Shown: piece by piece, positions 18,403 to 26,749 of the stretch
Numbering within the stretch: position 1 is the first letter of the stretch
How the letters are laid out: each line of letters begins with the position of its first letter
The notes under the pieces: model-generated
The model's database searches: none
What the model saw: the letters and a program-made list of their open reading frames with translations, nothing else
Told to the model about the DNA's origin: nothing
Translations under genes and position numbers: made by a program
Virus record (IMG/VR): IMGVR_UViG_3300047392_000043
Coordinates: 1 to 61,804 of that record
DNA: 61,804 nt
Direction: 5' to 3' (one strand)
DNA from: a virus
Taxonomy: Duplodnaviria > Caudoviricetes

Positions 18403-21051
18403 TTAGGAAAACAAGTCATCCAAAAATCCTCTATCCTTACTTAGATTTAGGTCCCAGTTAAGTACACCCAAAAGGTTATCAATCTTGGAGTCGATGATCT
18501 TTTCTTCCATCGCACCATGATCAAATGGTAGCTCCTTGAACCAGTCTGGCAGGTTCATCTCATCAATTGGATAAGCAATTGAATTGATTTGAAGCGGATT
18601 GTTCTTTAGCTTACACACAATAGCTTTCTGGCCATCAGTGATGTCCATACTACGTCTATCGCCATAGGCTTCTTTAATACGATTCCAGTTAATAGCCGCC
18701 ATAGCATGTCCTACACCACACTTGCCTGTTTTCTTGTATGTGTCTGTATGCTTAGTTAGATTGTTAACACGCTTAGGTGTGCCCTTTTCCCAGCCTGGAC
18801 GACTCTTAAACTCCTCACGGAACTGTTTGACACGAGCCATGACTGTTTCCATGCTTGCACCTTCTAGTGTCATAGTAAGTGCTTCTTCTAAGAAACGTTG
18901 CATAAACTCTGGAGTATCGGCTCGCTTCATATCAAGACCCATGGCTTTAAGTTCGCCCTTAGATCCGTCCTTATCTTTGCGCTTGCCTTCCTTATCTGTA
19001 ATAAGAACAGCATAACGCTTTTTGGTCATATAAATGCCTTTGGATGCAACTACTTCTCGACCTGCTTTGATAATCTCGCCTTGACTTGCTGGAGCATTAA
19101 AAGCACGATTCATAAAGGCCGGGAACGTGCCGTTTACTTGATCAGAGATAGCATCATACAATTCAATAATCTTATCCACTGTCCAATCAATCTCACCACG
19201 TTCAATTTGTTCTTTGAACACTGGTACAGCCGAGAAGTAAACAGAGTCAGTGTCGCCATAGATAATAGCTTTACCCATATGATCGTATTCACCAGTTAAG
19301 CAATCATTTACTTGACTTGCCATGTGGCGTGCAACAAGACGTCCGCATAGTGTGGTACTCTGTCCAAGTCGTTGATCAAAGAATCGACTGCCTGCGTTCA
19401 ACAACGCACCATAAGCAGAGTTCAAGTTAATCTTCTTAACCAGCTGGCGCTTGTCCCAGAAGTCGTACATGTCTGTACCATATGCTTCTTTGGCCTTTGC
19501 TTGCAATTCCTTACGTTCAGCATACCAACGTTCCAGCAAGCCTGGAATAACACCTTTGGTGTCATACTTGAAGATGGTACCATTGCCACTAATCATAAGT
19601 GGTTGGCCACCGTGGAACACATAGTCATACACTTGTGCCGAACTCATTTGTGTACTTGTACCATCTGTCCAGTCAATGATCTCAGTTTGACCAATGTCGC
19701 GGTTCATTACAGATTCGTATTCAAAGCAAGCAAACTTACCTTCCCAGAATTCTGCAATGCCCTTACCTTCTGCAATAAACTCGTCAATACCAGCTAGTGT
19801 GCGAGTCTGGCGTACTTGTCCAATAATAGTCTCGGGACTCATATTCAACGCACGGATCAGCGATGGATACAGTGAGTTAATGTCCATGGAGCCAATCCAG
19901 TCATGCATACCTGCTTTAGGTACTGCAACATACGCACCAGCAGCCGCATTGTCTTTTGAATCTTCACTACGACGAGGACGGTCTGGTACCACCATGTTAA
20001 GGCGGTGAGCTTCATTGATAACAGCTTGGTCAGTCACAGCAACTGCACCTAACGTGCCACGAAGCGTGACAGTGTTTGCATGGCTAATCAGATTAGTAAG
20101 TTCAATAAACTTTAACTTGTCGTCTAGTTTCTTAAGCAATACAACGTCTTGTCTGTTATAAGCAACAAACTTTTCAAAGTCGTTGTTGTATAGTTGATCC
20201 AACGTGCCTTCATAGTGGATCTTGTTTTCACCTAGTTCAATTTCACCAACATAGTCCAGTCGATAGCTTGGAAGTTCGTGATAGTTATACTTGCGATACA
20301 GTTCAAGATAGTCAAGGTGGACACGACCAATAGGATCAAATGTTTCTAGAGTTTTGCCGTACTTTTCATACTCACGCTTCTTGGGATACTGATCCCACAA
20401 ACAAATGCGACGAGTTTGGTCTTTGCCCAACACACGAGTAATGCGGTTAGTGGTGTACGGAATATCAAAGCCTTCTGAGTTCCAACCACTTAGTATGTCA
20501 GCGTCTTCGATCAGCTCGAGCCACATGTCGAGCATTTCCTTTTCGCTGTTGCATAAGATAGTGTTGTCAAACTTGGCACAAATTTCTTTGGCAACTTCAA
20601 CACTCATGCCATCGGGCTTTAGGCAAAGAGTAATGTTGACATCCATCCATGTCAAGTATGTGGTAATGGCTGTGATATAGTTGAATGGATCCTCAGGTGG
20701 AGCAAAGCCCTTTACCTTGTCGTAAGATACCTCAATGTCGAAAAAGGCAACGTGAAGGTTAGGCGCATCTTGGCCTCCATACACTTCTTCCAAGCAACGG
20801 TTAAGCGGCTTGTAATCGCTTTCGCATAGTTTTCTGTTGCTGTAGATTCTACGCTCTTTGTCAAATGCCGCGGCATTGCCAAGGATGACTCTGCTAACTC
20901 GGTCGCCAGCAATGTTAGTAAACTTACCTTTAGAGTCAGGATAGTAAAATACGTACTTGGCAGGATACTGTTTGAGTACCCTCTTACCATCAACACGTTC
21001 TACAACGTGGATGATCTCTTTCTTTTTATCGTGATATGCGTCAATGAACAT
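18403..21051 (-). CDS. DNA polymerase family B with 3'-5' exonuclease
   Basis: Exo motifs DIEV, WNSEGFD, YNRQD; Pol motifs DINSLYPS, KKINLNSAYG, YGDTDS, KKRY. Confidence 0.97.
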   Translation of the reverse strand: MFIDAYHDKKKEIIHVVERVDGKRVLKQYPAKYVFYYPDSKGKFTNIAGDRVSRVILGNAAAFDKERRIYSNRKLCESDYKPLNRCLEEVYGGQDAPNLHVAFFDIEVSYDKVKGFAPPEDPFNYITAITTYLTWMDVNITLCLKPDGMSVEVAKEICAKFDNTILCNSEKEMLDMWLELIEDADILSGWNSEGFDIPYTTNRITRVLGKDQTRRICLWDQYPKKREYEKYGKTLETFDPIGRVHLDYLELYRKYNYHELPSYRLDYVGEIELGENKIHYEGTLDQLYNNDFEKFVAYNRQDVVLLKKLDDKLKFIELTNLISHANTVTLRGTLGAVAVTDQAVINEAHRLNMVVPDRPRRSEDSKDNAAAGAYVAVPKAGMHDWIGSMDINSLYPSLIRALNMSPETIIGQVRQTRTLAGIDEFIAEGKGIAEFWEGKFACFEYESVMNRDIGQTEIIDWTDGTSTQMSSAQVYDYVFHGGQPLMISGNGTIFKYDTKGVIPGLLERWYAERKELQAKAKEAYGTDMYDFWDKRQLVKKINLNSAYGALLNAGSRFFDQRLGQSTTLCGRLVARHMASQVNDCLTGEYDHMGKAIIYGDTDSVYFSAVPVFKEQIERGEIDWTVDKIIELYDAISDQVNGTFPAFMNRAFNAPASQGEIIKAGREVVASKGIYMTKKRYAVLITDKEGKRKDKDGSKGELKAMGLDMKRADTPEFMQRFLEEALTMTLEGASMETVMARVKQFREEFKSRPGWEKGTPKRVNNLTKHTDTYKKTGKCGVGHAMAAINWNRIKEAYGDRRSMDITDGQKAIVCKLKNNPLQINSIAYPIDEMNLPDWFKELPFDHGAMEEKIIDSKIDNLLGVLNWDLNLSKDRGFLDDLFS

Positions 21052-21068
21052 GTATTATGTATTTCTCT

Positions 21069-21461
21069 TTAGTAGAAGTGTCTAGCCAGTGCTTCACGTA
21101 GCCGTTCATCATCTACTTTAATTTCTAGTTCTTTGAGGGTATTGGATAGCACATGCTCTAAGTCTTCAAAGCGGTAAATGGCATTGTGTAGGCCCAAAAA
21201 TCCAGCATGTTGGGCGGCGGCATAAGCCTCTGGTCCCCAGCCAAAAGTATCATATAAGATACCACGATAGCTACGACCCTCATCAAGTTCGCCCCGTGCT
21301 AACTTTTCAACCACTGCACAAAATGCCCATAGCTGTTCTTCTGGTTCAAGGCTTGAGTAATATGAATTGGCCATTTGTTGCCACTCGTCTGCGGCTTTGG
21401 CAAATTCTCTGCCAGACTCATGTAATGCATCCATTACTTCTTGTTTTTTGATTTCTTCCAT
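21069..21461 (-). CDS. hypothetical protein
   Basis: 130 aa with its own promoter. Confidence 0.75.
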   Translation of the reverse strand: MEEIKKQEVMDALHESGREFAKAADEWQQMANSYYSSLEPEEQLWAFCAVVEKLARGELDEGRSYRGILYDTFGWGPEAYAAAQHAGFLGLHNAIYRFEDLEHVLSNTLKELEIKVDDERLREALARHFY

Positions 21462-21466
21462 ATGTT

Positions 21467-21495
21467 AGTATAGCATTATTGTTTAAGATTGTCAA
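21467..21495 (-). promoter_or_regulatory. sigma70-type promoter, probably giving a leaderless mRNA
   Basis: TTGACA-17 nt-TATACT with extended TG; ATG lies 5 nt downstream. Confidence 0.8.
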
Positions 21496-21697
21496 GCATC
21501 TCGTCCTGTGCTTGTTGGTGCCATTCCTTCATCCAAGGACTATGATCACATTCGCGCACATGAGCCATTATACGTTTGCGACCTGCGCCTTCGACTGCCT
21601 CACCAAGAAAGAAGTGCAGTATCACACGACCATGATGTTTAATTTCAATAATCATAGGATCATGCTTTGCGTTATCCCATGTAAATTCTTCGTACAT
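21476..21697 (-). CDS. hypothetical protein
   Basis: Tiles the region. Confidence 0.6.
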   Translation of the reverse strand: MYEEFTWDNAKHDPMIIEIKHHGRVILHFFLGEAVEGAGRKRIMAHVRECDHSPWMKEWHQQAQDEMLDNLKQ

Positions 21698-21698
21698 A

Positions 21699-21974
21699 TT
21701 AACTCCAAGTTAGTTTAAAAAGCGCCGCCTCGTTTTTGTTTTCGAAGACCCATGTGTTAGCACGATGCTTCCAATGATGCTTGCATTCATTGTGTAGCCA
21801 ATTGTTCATATCAAGTGTAATGCCAGAAGCAAAGAACTTTGGAAGTTCAACCTTTGTCCAACCAACTGCAACCATCATATCTGTCAACAGTTCCCAATTG
21901 ATTTCCTCTGCTAGGATCTTTGCCATTTGATCAGCATACTGCTCTTCCATGACCTGTGTTGCAGTTTTGTTCAT
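21699..21974 (-). CDS. small paralog family member (F..E..A..F.L.W)
   Basis: NWLHNEC...WVFENKNEAALFKLTWS. Confidence 0.75.
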   Translation of the reverse strand: MNKTATQVMEEQYADQMAKILAEEINWELLTDMMVAVGWTKVELPKFFASGITLDMNNWLHNECKHHWKHRANTWVFENKNEAALFKLTWS

Positions 21975-21975
21975 A

Positions 21976-22215
21976 TTATTGTCCGATTACATCAAACATA
22001 TCAGCATACTCGCTTTTGGCCCATTGCCCATTGTCCCCGCCGTAGTGCCAAATACAACGTCGATAGATAGTTCTAAGCCATACACGCTCACCTGATTTGG
22101 TCTTAACAGGTCGCCAAGCAAACCAAAGCCGCCATGGTTCAATTTCAACCTTACGCCAGATGTTGCCATCTGTTGTAACAGAATCTGGTGCTGTATTGTA
22201 GTTCATGCGCCCCAC
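21976..22215 (-). CDS. small Trp-rich protein, second family (AW.PVKT..GE.VW)
   Basis: WRLWFAWRPVKTKSGERVW. Confidence 0.7.
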   Translation of the reverse strand: MGRMNYNTAPDSVTTDGNIWRKVEIEPWRLWFAWRPVKTKSGERVWLRTIYRRCIWHYGGDNGQWAKSEYADMFDVIGQ

Positions 22216-22454
22216 CTCAACATAAAAAATGCACGATCATTGGTGTCCTTGATGCGCCAAATGTTGACGCCCCAGATAGAAGCCGCCCAAGTTGATCCTT
22301 CAATATTCGATGCCAATGCGGCTTCAATACCATTTTCATTGCACCATTCTTTAACTTTTATACGATACTTTGCAGGCACTTCAACATCACGCTCGTCGCT
22401 TATGAGTTTCATCCCGTTGCGTTCTCTAAAGACTTTCATTCCCATTATGACCAC
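22203..22454 (-). CDS. small paralog family member
   Basis: KEWCNEN...IKDTNDRAFFMLRWG. Confidence 0.7.
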   Translation of the reverse strand: MVIMGMKVFRERNGMKLISDERDVEVPAKYRIKVKEWCNENGIEAALASNIEGSTWAASIWGVNIWRIKDTNDRAFFMLRWGA

Positions 22455-22654
22455 CTTAGTTTACACATTATAGCATGTTCAATTTCGTCAAACACAATAA
22501 TAGCACGAGTGCCTTGTGCATGAACTTTAAGTTCATATTTGCTTCGATCCCATTCAACAAGTTCATCAAGCCAGTCTCGCAGTTCTATAACTTCTGCTGT
22601 ACGTGCATCAATATCAAACAGGGTATGTTCTTTTAGTTTAATGCGAACTATCAT
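22445..22654 (-). CDS. small paralog family member
   Basis: RDWLDE...VFDEIEHAIMCKLRWS. Confidence 0.7.
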   Translation of the reverse strand: MIVRIKLKEHTLFDIDARTAEVIELRDWLDELVEWDRSKYELKVHAQGTRAIIVFDEIEHAIMCKLRWS

Positions 22655-22796
22655 ATGGCGGGGCTATTGGTCGCTTCGTGCAATACTCGCAGTTGGCATC
22701 ATCACACTTATCTTCTAGCCACTTGTTGCATGTTTCGCAATAGTACGAATCGTACTCTTCCGAATAGTTTTTCTTGCAGTCTTCTTTACAATCCAT
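22638..22796 (-). CDS. small Cys-rich protein (52 aa, 7 Cys)
   Basis: Not in the ORF track. Translates as MDCKEDCKKNYSEEYDSYYCETCNKWLEDKCDDANCEYCTKRP...; TAATG coupling; fills the gap. Confidence 0.65.
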   Translation of the reverse strand: MDCKEDCKKNYSEEYDSYYCETCNKWLEDKCDDANCEYCTKRPIAPPYDSSH

Positions 22797-23062
22797 TATT
22801 CACCCCATGACAATTTAAGGTACGTGTATAGTTCTTCGTGTATGTCAAACACGTTTCTGTGCAACATCCACTTACTGTCAATATGGTCAAACCACTCTTT
22901 GTTTTCAACCCCGTGTTCGCGTACCCATATAGATACATCCTTGCGGCAACTAACAGTGTACCATGTTGCTCCATCAACAGTTGCTTGATCTAAAACTTCA
23001 AAGTTCCCTTCACCCATATGGGAAATACTCCATTGCTGTTGGACGGCAGTTTTGACTATCAT
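22796..23062 (-). CDS. small paralog family member
   Basis: SIWVREH...FDIHEELYTYLKLSWG; start at the ATGA overlap. Confidence 0.7.
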   Translation of the reverse strand: MIVKTAVQQQWSISHMGEGNFEVLDQATVDGATWYTVSCRKDVSIWVREHGVENKEWFDHIDSKWMLHRNVFDIHEELYTYLKLSWGE

Positions 23063-23424
23063 ACAGTCACTAGTGCAACAAGTCCAACATAAGTCAAGGC
23101 GTGCAGGAATTGATCCAAGCCCAACAGCCACCAAAATTGTTCGTGTGTGTTTGCACCCCAGCCGTACTTTTTGTTGATGTTCATCTTGGCCCAATCAATG
23201 TGGTAGTGAACCAGCATGTCAATTAGACCTAGGTAAATGGCTGCAACAGGAGCGTACCACATAAAACACAATGCTGTGAAAATGCCATGTAAGCCCGAGT
23301 GCAGTATGCCTCCAGGGTGTCCGTATGTACCTTTGTTCATCCACTGGTATGGTTTTTGTAGCGGAAAATCTACTACAAAATGTTTAGTAAAAAGAAATGC
23401 AATTAGGATCAATGTATCATTCAT
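23059..23424 (-). CDS. DUF3307-family membrane protein
   Basis: HFVVDFPLQ, HSGLH, HYHIDW.K, LDQFLH. Confidence 0.85.
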   Translation of the reverse strand: MNDTLILIAFLFTKHFVVDFPLQKPYQWMNKGTYGHPGGILHSGLHGIFTALCFMWYAPVAAIYLGLIDMLVHYHIDWAKMNINKKYGWGANTHEQFWWLLGLDQFLHALTYVGLVALVTV

Positions 23425-23426
23425 GG

Positions 23427-23783
23427 TTAGCTCCACATTAGTTTTGCAATTATAGCACACTCTTGATGCTTTTGCCTAATCTTTATTGTAAGCCGGTTGT
23501 CCGTTGCGTCTCGGTCCGCCATACCCCAATCCCAATCCCATTTTTGTCGGCCCACATTGGCTTCCATCCAGGGCCTATAGTGATCGTTTGGATCAGTTGA
23601 TTCTGTTGACACTTTTGATCCATCTGGATCTTCGTATAGAGTTACCCAACCAACGGGCCACTTTACGTTGATAATAACACCTGGCATAAATCGCCACCAA
23701 AGTTTTTCACGCAGATTCATACCACATGGGAAATGCACACCGTTAGGTAGTGTAAACAGCTTTTTTATTTCTAATATACTCAT
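23427..23783 (-). CDS. small paralog family member
   Basis: RPWMEANVG...IRQKHQECAIIAKLMWS. Confidence 0.7.
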   Translation of the reverse strand: MSILEIKKLFTLPNGVHFPCGMNLREKLWWRFMPGVIINVKWPVGWVTLYEDPDGSKVSTESTDPNDHYRPWMEANVGRQKWDWDWGMADRDATDNRLTIKIRQKHQECAIIAKLMWS

Positions 23784-24034
23784 GCCCATGTCAGCGCAAA
23801 CAGCGCCGCCTCTTCGTCACATTCAAATTGAATAAACTTTTCTTCTAAGTAGCCGGGACTGTGATAGTAAGGGTGCTTGCAGTTTTCTTTGAGCCATTCG
23901 TTTACCTTATAGTCTTTATAACTTATTTGCCACTGTGCTTGTACACCATCTACTGTTTTAGCATACGTAACTTTGTGCAACACTGGAAACTGTACTCCCG
24001 GCCATGCATCGTTTGTTTTATAAGTTACTGTCAT
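23780..24034 (-). CDS. small paralog family member
   Basis: NEWLKENC...QFECDEEAALFALTWA. Confidence 0.75.
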   Translation of the reverse strand: MTVTYKTNDAWPGVQFPVLHKVTYAKTVDGVQAQWQISYKDYKVNEWLKENCKHPYYHSPGYLEEKFIQFECDEEAALFALTWA

Positions 24035-24288
24035 GACCATCTCAATATAAACATTGCGGCATCTTCTTGCTCGCGAAACCAAAACTTTGCGTTATTAACA
24101 TACCAACGATGGCAAACACCTTGTTCGCCCCACACATCACCAGCAACACCATACTGCTCCACACACCATTCTATCATTTCATGCCAAGTTTGATTCTCCC
24201 AGTTGGGAGTATACCCTTCTGGCTTTAGTGTGTAATAGCGAGCGCCATGATGTCGTCCTGGTTCTCGTATGATAACTCGTTGTGTCAT
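24031..24288 (-). CDS. small paralog family member
   Basis: IEWCVEQYG...WFREQEDAAMFILRWS. Confidence 0.75.
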   Translation of the reverse strand: MTQRVIIREPGRHHGARYYTLKPEGYTPNWENQTWHEMIEWCVEQYGVAGDVWGEQGVCHRWYVNNAKFWFREQEDAAMFILRWS

Positions 24289-24719
24289 TGACCCCATTGC
24301 AGTTTAAAAATAAAATAGTCTTCGTCGTCTTGAAAAGCAAAGAACCAATGGTCTCCTCCGCCTAGTTCATTTACTTCCCATTGGTTGGCAGTACTTGGCG
24401 CTTTCATTACACGATGGCAATCATACCGCCACTTGCCTTGCAAGTGTTCCTCACACCATTCGCATATAACATGGAACCCATCGCGATAGCCACCGGGCCC
24501 ATAATCATATATTCTTTTATAAACAAAGTTTTCGTAGTTTTCAAAACAATGAATATGCTTGTAGCCTTGATAGTAGTTTCTTATTTGAGAGGCACGCGGC
24601 ACATGGTCTGGATCGTACTTGCGTTCGTACTCTTTGCGATTGCGGCAATGATGCTTTTTTAGAAAGCGGTCTTCTTTCCAAGCCGCGTACCTAGCTTTGA
24701 TATCGAGCATTAGGGTCAT
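24285..24719 (-). CDS. small paralog family member (extended)
   Basis: CEWCEEHLQGKW...AFQDDEDYFIFKLQWG. Confidence 0.75.
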   Translation of the reverse strand: MTLMLDIKARYAAWKEDRFLKKHHCRNRKEYERKYDPDHVPRASQIRNYYQGYKHIHCFENYENFVYKRIYDYGPGGYRDGFHVICEWCEEHLQGKWRYDCHRVMKAPSTANQWEVNELGGGDHWFFAFQDDEDYFIFKLQWGQ

Positions 24720-24966
24720 ATGTAATCAAATCAAAAGCAGTTGCATATTGTACATGCGGCTCCATGAGAAACCCTGCACCCCACGATACCCACACCTTGC
24801 GCTTAAAAAGTTTTTCGCGCCACACGTATTCTCCGTAGATGGTTTTGACTGGCCACCAGGCATACACTTCGCGCCATGGATAGCAATCGCAACCATCTGT
24901 AATAATAGTGTAATCCACAGGACTCCAATTATCAGGTAAAAACTTTGCGGCGCCGTTATAACTCAT
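24691..24966 (-). CDS. small Trp-rich protein, second family
   Basis: WREVYAWWPVKTIYGEYVW; paralog of 21976..22215. Confidence 0.7.
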   Translation of the reverse strand: MSYNGAAKFLPDNWSPVDYTIITDGCDCYPWREVYAWWPVKTIYGEYVWREKLFKRKVWVSWGAGFLMEPHVQYATAFDLITYDPNARYQS

Positions 24967-25151
24967 AACCAAGCGAGCTTAAACAACATAGCATCTTCTT
25001 CGTTGCCAAAGAAGTAATCAATTTTAGTATTGTCGTAGCTGTTATACCCGTCCATGTGTACATCATTGCTGATATAACTAGGACAATTTTCTTTGGCCCA
25101 GTTAAGTGGTTCTCGATACGGCCTAAATGGCAGTGTCACATAAGTTGTCAT
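24963..25151 (-). CDS. small paralog family member
   Basis: LNWAKENC...FFGNEEDAMLFKLAW. Confidence 0.75.
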   Translation of the reverse strand: MTTYVTLPFRPYREPLNWAKENCPSYISNDVHMDGYNSYDNTKIDYFFGNEEDAMLFKLAWL

Positions 25152-25342
25152 GAGCAGGCCAACTTGAACATTACAGCATCATCTTTGTTGGCAAAGCAAT
25201 ATACAGAATTGTTTTCGTTAAATCGCCACGCTTCCCTGGGCAAATTTTGCTTGAGCCAAATAATACGGTCATCAGTTGCATGCATATCCTTGATAGGCAA
25301 ATCAAACTGGTGGGGCCAAAGACGTTTGTTTAGAACTCTCAT
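25148..25342 (-). CDS. small paralog family member
   Basis: IIWLKQNL...CFANKDDAVMFKLAC. Confidence 0.75.
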   Translation of the reverse strand: MRVLNKRLWPHQFDLPIKDMHATDDRIIWLKQNLPREAWRFNENNSVYCFANKDDAVMFKLACS

Positions 25343-25343
25343 A

Positions 25344-25589
25344 CTACTTTCCGTATCTTAACGTAAACACCATTATAAACTCTTCTGCTTCTTCTTGCGA
25401 CCTAAATTTCCACAAATCGTATCCGATTCGAGTGCCGCACGAGTTTTCAGTGGTCCATTCCAGGATTCGATCTACTGCTTCGTAATCTACGATACTGCCA
25501 AATTCGTTTGAGTCAGCATAAGGATCAACCAGGCGAACTGTGTGTCCCCATCCTTTTTTCAATGCGTACTTTGGTACTAGCCAACTCAA
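25344..25589 (-). CDS. small paralog family member
   Basis: LEWTTEN...KFRSQEEAEEFIMVFTLRY; TTG start. Confidence 0.7.
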   Translation of the reverse strand: MSWLVPKYALKKGWGHTVRLVDPYADSNEFGSIVDYEAVDRILEWTTENSCGTRIGYDLWKFRSQEEAEEFIMVFTLRYGK

Positions 25590-25867
25590 TTAATAGATCC
25601 TCCAAATCGTAGCTTGGCAAGAATGGCATCTTCTTTTTTCTTAAAGCTGATTTGCGTTACGGTGTCCCATTTGCTACTGCTTACATCACTTACATCTGCT
25701 GAATGCATGATCCATAAGTCGTGATCGCCGTGATACATTTTAAAGTAATCGTACTCGGCTTGTGTGGTCATTAGCACAGGTGCAATGTTTTCAGACAGCC
25801 ACTCATACAATTCTCGCTCGTCGGCATCCCCAACAAACAAATTGTACGTTAGCCACTTAGACATCAA
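25586..25867 (-). CDS. small paralog family member
   Basis: YEWLSENI...SFKKKEDAILAKLRFG. Confidence 0.75.
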   Translation of the reverse strand: MMSKWLTYNLFVGDADERELYEWLSENIAPVLMTTQAEYDYFKMYHGDHDLWIMHSADVSDVSSSKWDTVTQISFKKKEDAILAKLRFGGSIN

Positions 25868-26144
25868 AGTTCAGCATAAAGTATGCCGCCTCGTCTTTGT
25901 CTTTAATATGTACAGTGACCATTGGATCACCAGAGTTGAATCTAGGAGTACAATCAGCTTTAGGACAATGTTCCATCATCCAATCTAAAAACTCATGATG
26001 GTCGTTGCAGTATACCCAGCAATGCCATCCTACAATTTCTTCTAGGAACTCACGGCCAACATCACCGTTCTTGCGTAAGATAGCAGGCACATTGTGCCAA
26101 CCATCCTCATGTCGCCAATGATGAATTGTAACGTGCTGTTCCAT
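25857..26144 (-). CDS. small paralog family member
   Basis: LDWMMEHC...HIKDKDEAAYFMLNF. Confidence 0.75.
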   Translation of the reverse strand: MEQHVTIHHWRHEDGWHNVPAILRKNGDVGREFLEEIVGWHCWVYCNDHHEFLDWMMEHCPKADCTPRFNSGDPMVTVHIKDKDEAAYFMLNFDV

Positions 26145-26435
26145 TTACTGCATCCACATTTTTACCAATGCGATAGAATCAATAGTGACCAGTAGTAGGT
26201 AGTTGGCAAGCATACCAACGCTACCGCGAGTACGTGCCGCCCAGGCAAAGATACCACACTGTAATATAAACAATGGGTATAGTATCAAGAACGGTGGGGT
26301 AGGAACAGTAAGCATCATAGTAACGCTACATCCGATGCTTAAGAACCAAGCAAGAATTTCCAGCACACAACGCACTGGATTTTCTTGCCAATCCTCGCGA
26401 ATGTAATTGCCTACACTAGCAAGCAGTTTTAGCAT
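26145..26435 (-). CDS. small membrane protein
   Basis: Three hydrophobic segments. Confidence 0.7.
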   Translation of the reverse strand: MLKLLASVGNYIREDWQENPVRCVLEILAWFLSIGCSVTMMLTVPTPPFLILYPLFILQCGIFAWAARTRGSVGMLANYLLLVTIDSIALVKMWMQ

Positions 26436-26686
26436 TACACTTTATTGCCAGTTACGTCAAGGATTTCCTCAACTGCTTCTAAGTCCGACTGGTCCTTATC
26501 AAAGTCACCCTTGAATGCTTTGGTAATGGCTTTGTTCAGTACTGCGGCTTTGATTTCCATTTCTTCGGCAATTGCCGCTACAGTTTCCTTAAGGCCCACA
26601 TTAAGGTCGTCAATCTCACGTTTGACTTGGACTCCCTCTTGGATCACTCGTTTCAGTTTTGCAATTTGTTCAGGTGAAAAGCTCAT
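26435..26686 (-). CDS. T4 DsbA/GapR-like dsDNA-binding protein
   Basis: 83-aa helical protein: KLKRVIQEGVQVKREIDDL..GLKETVAAIAEEMEIKAAVLNKAI. Confidence 0.6.
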   Translation of the reverse strand: MSFSPEQIAKLKRVIQEGVQVKREIDDLNVGLKETVAAIAEEMEIKAAVLNKAITKAFKGDFDKDQSDLEAVEEILDVTGNKV

Positions 26687-26720
26687 GTATATCTCCGGTT
26701 AGTTAAAGGCTTACCTAGTA

Positions 26721-26749
26721 AGTATACATGAACTGTAGCAGGAAGTCAA
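26721..26749 (-). promoter_or_regulatory. sigma70-type promoter upstream of the DsbA-like gene and the paralog array
   Basis: TTGACT-17 nt-TATACT; GGAG SD downstream. Confidence 0.8.

Noticed and set aside
18403-21051. Intein or intron in PolB
   Set aside because: The ORF is continuous, of normal length, with normally spaced motifs.
22467-23457. TGCTATAAT extended -10 motifs inside paralog C-termini (22467-22475 and 23449-23457)
   Set aside because: Only two of 13 members have it and Ala-Ile codons can produce it, so support is too weak.
21699-26144. DGR target array, integron cassettes or CRISPR array
   Set aside because: No reverse transcriptase, integrase, attC-like sites or nucleotide-level repeats; the similarity is protein-level only.
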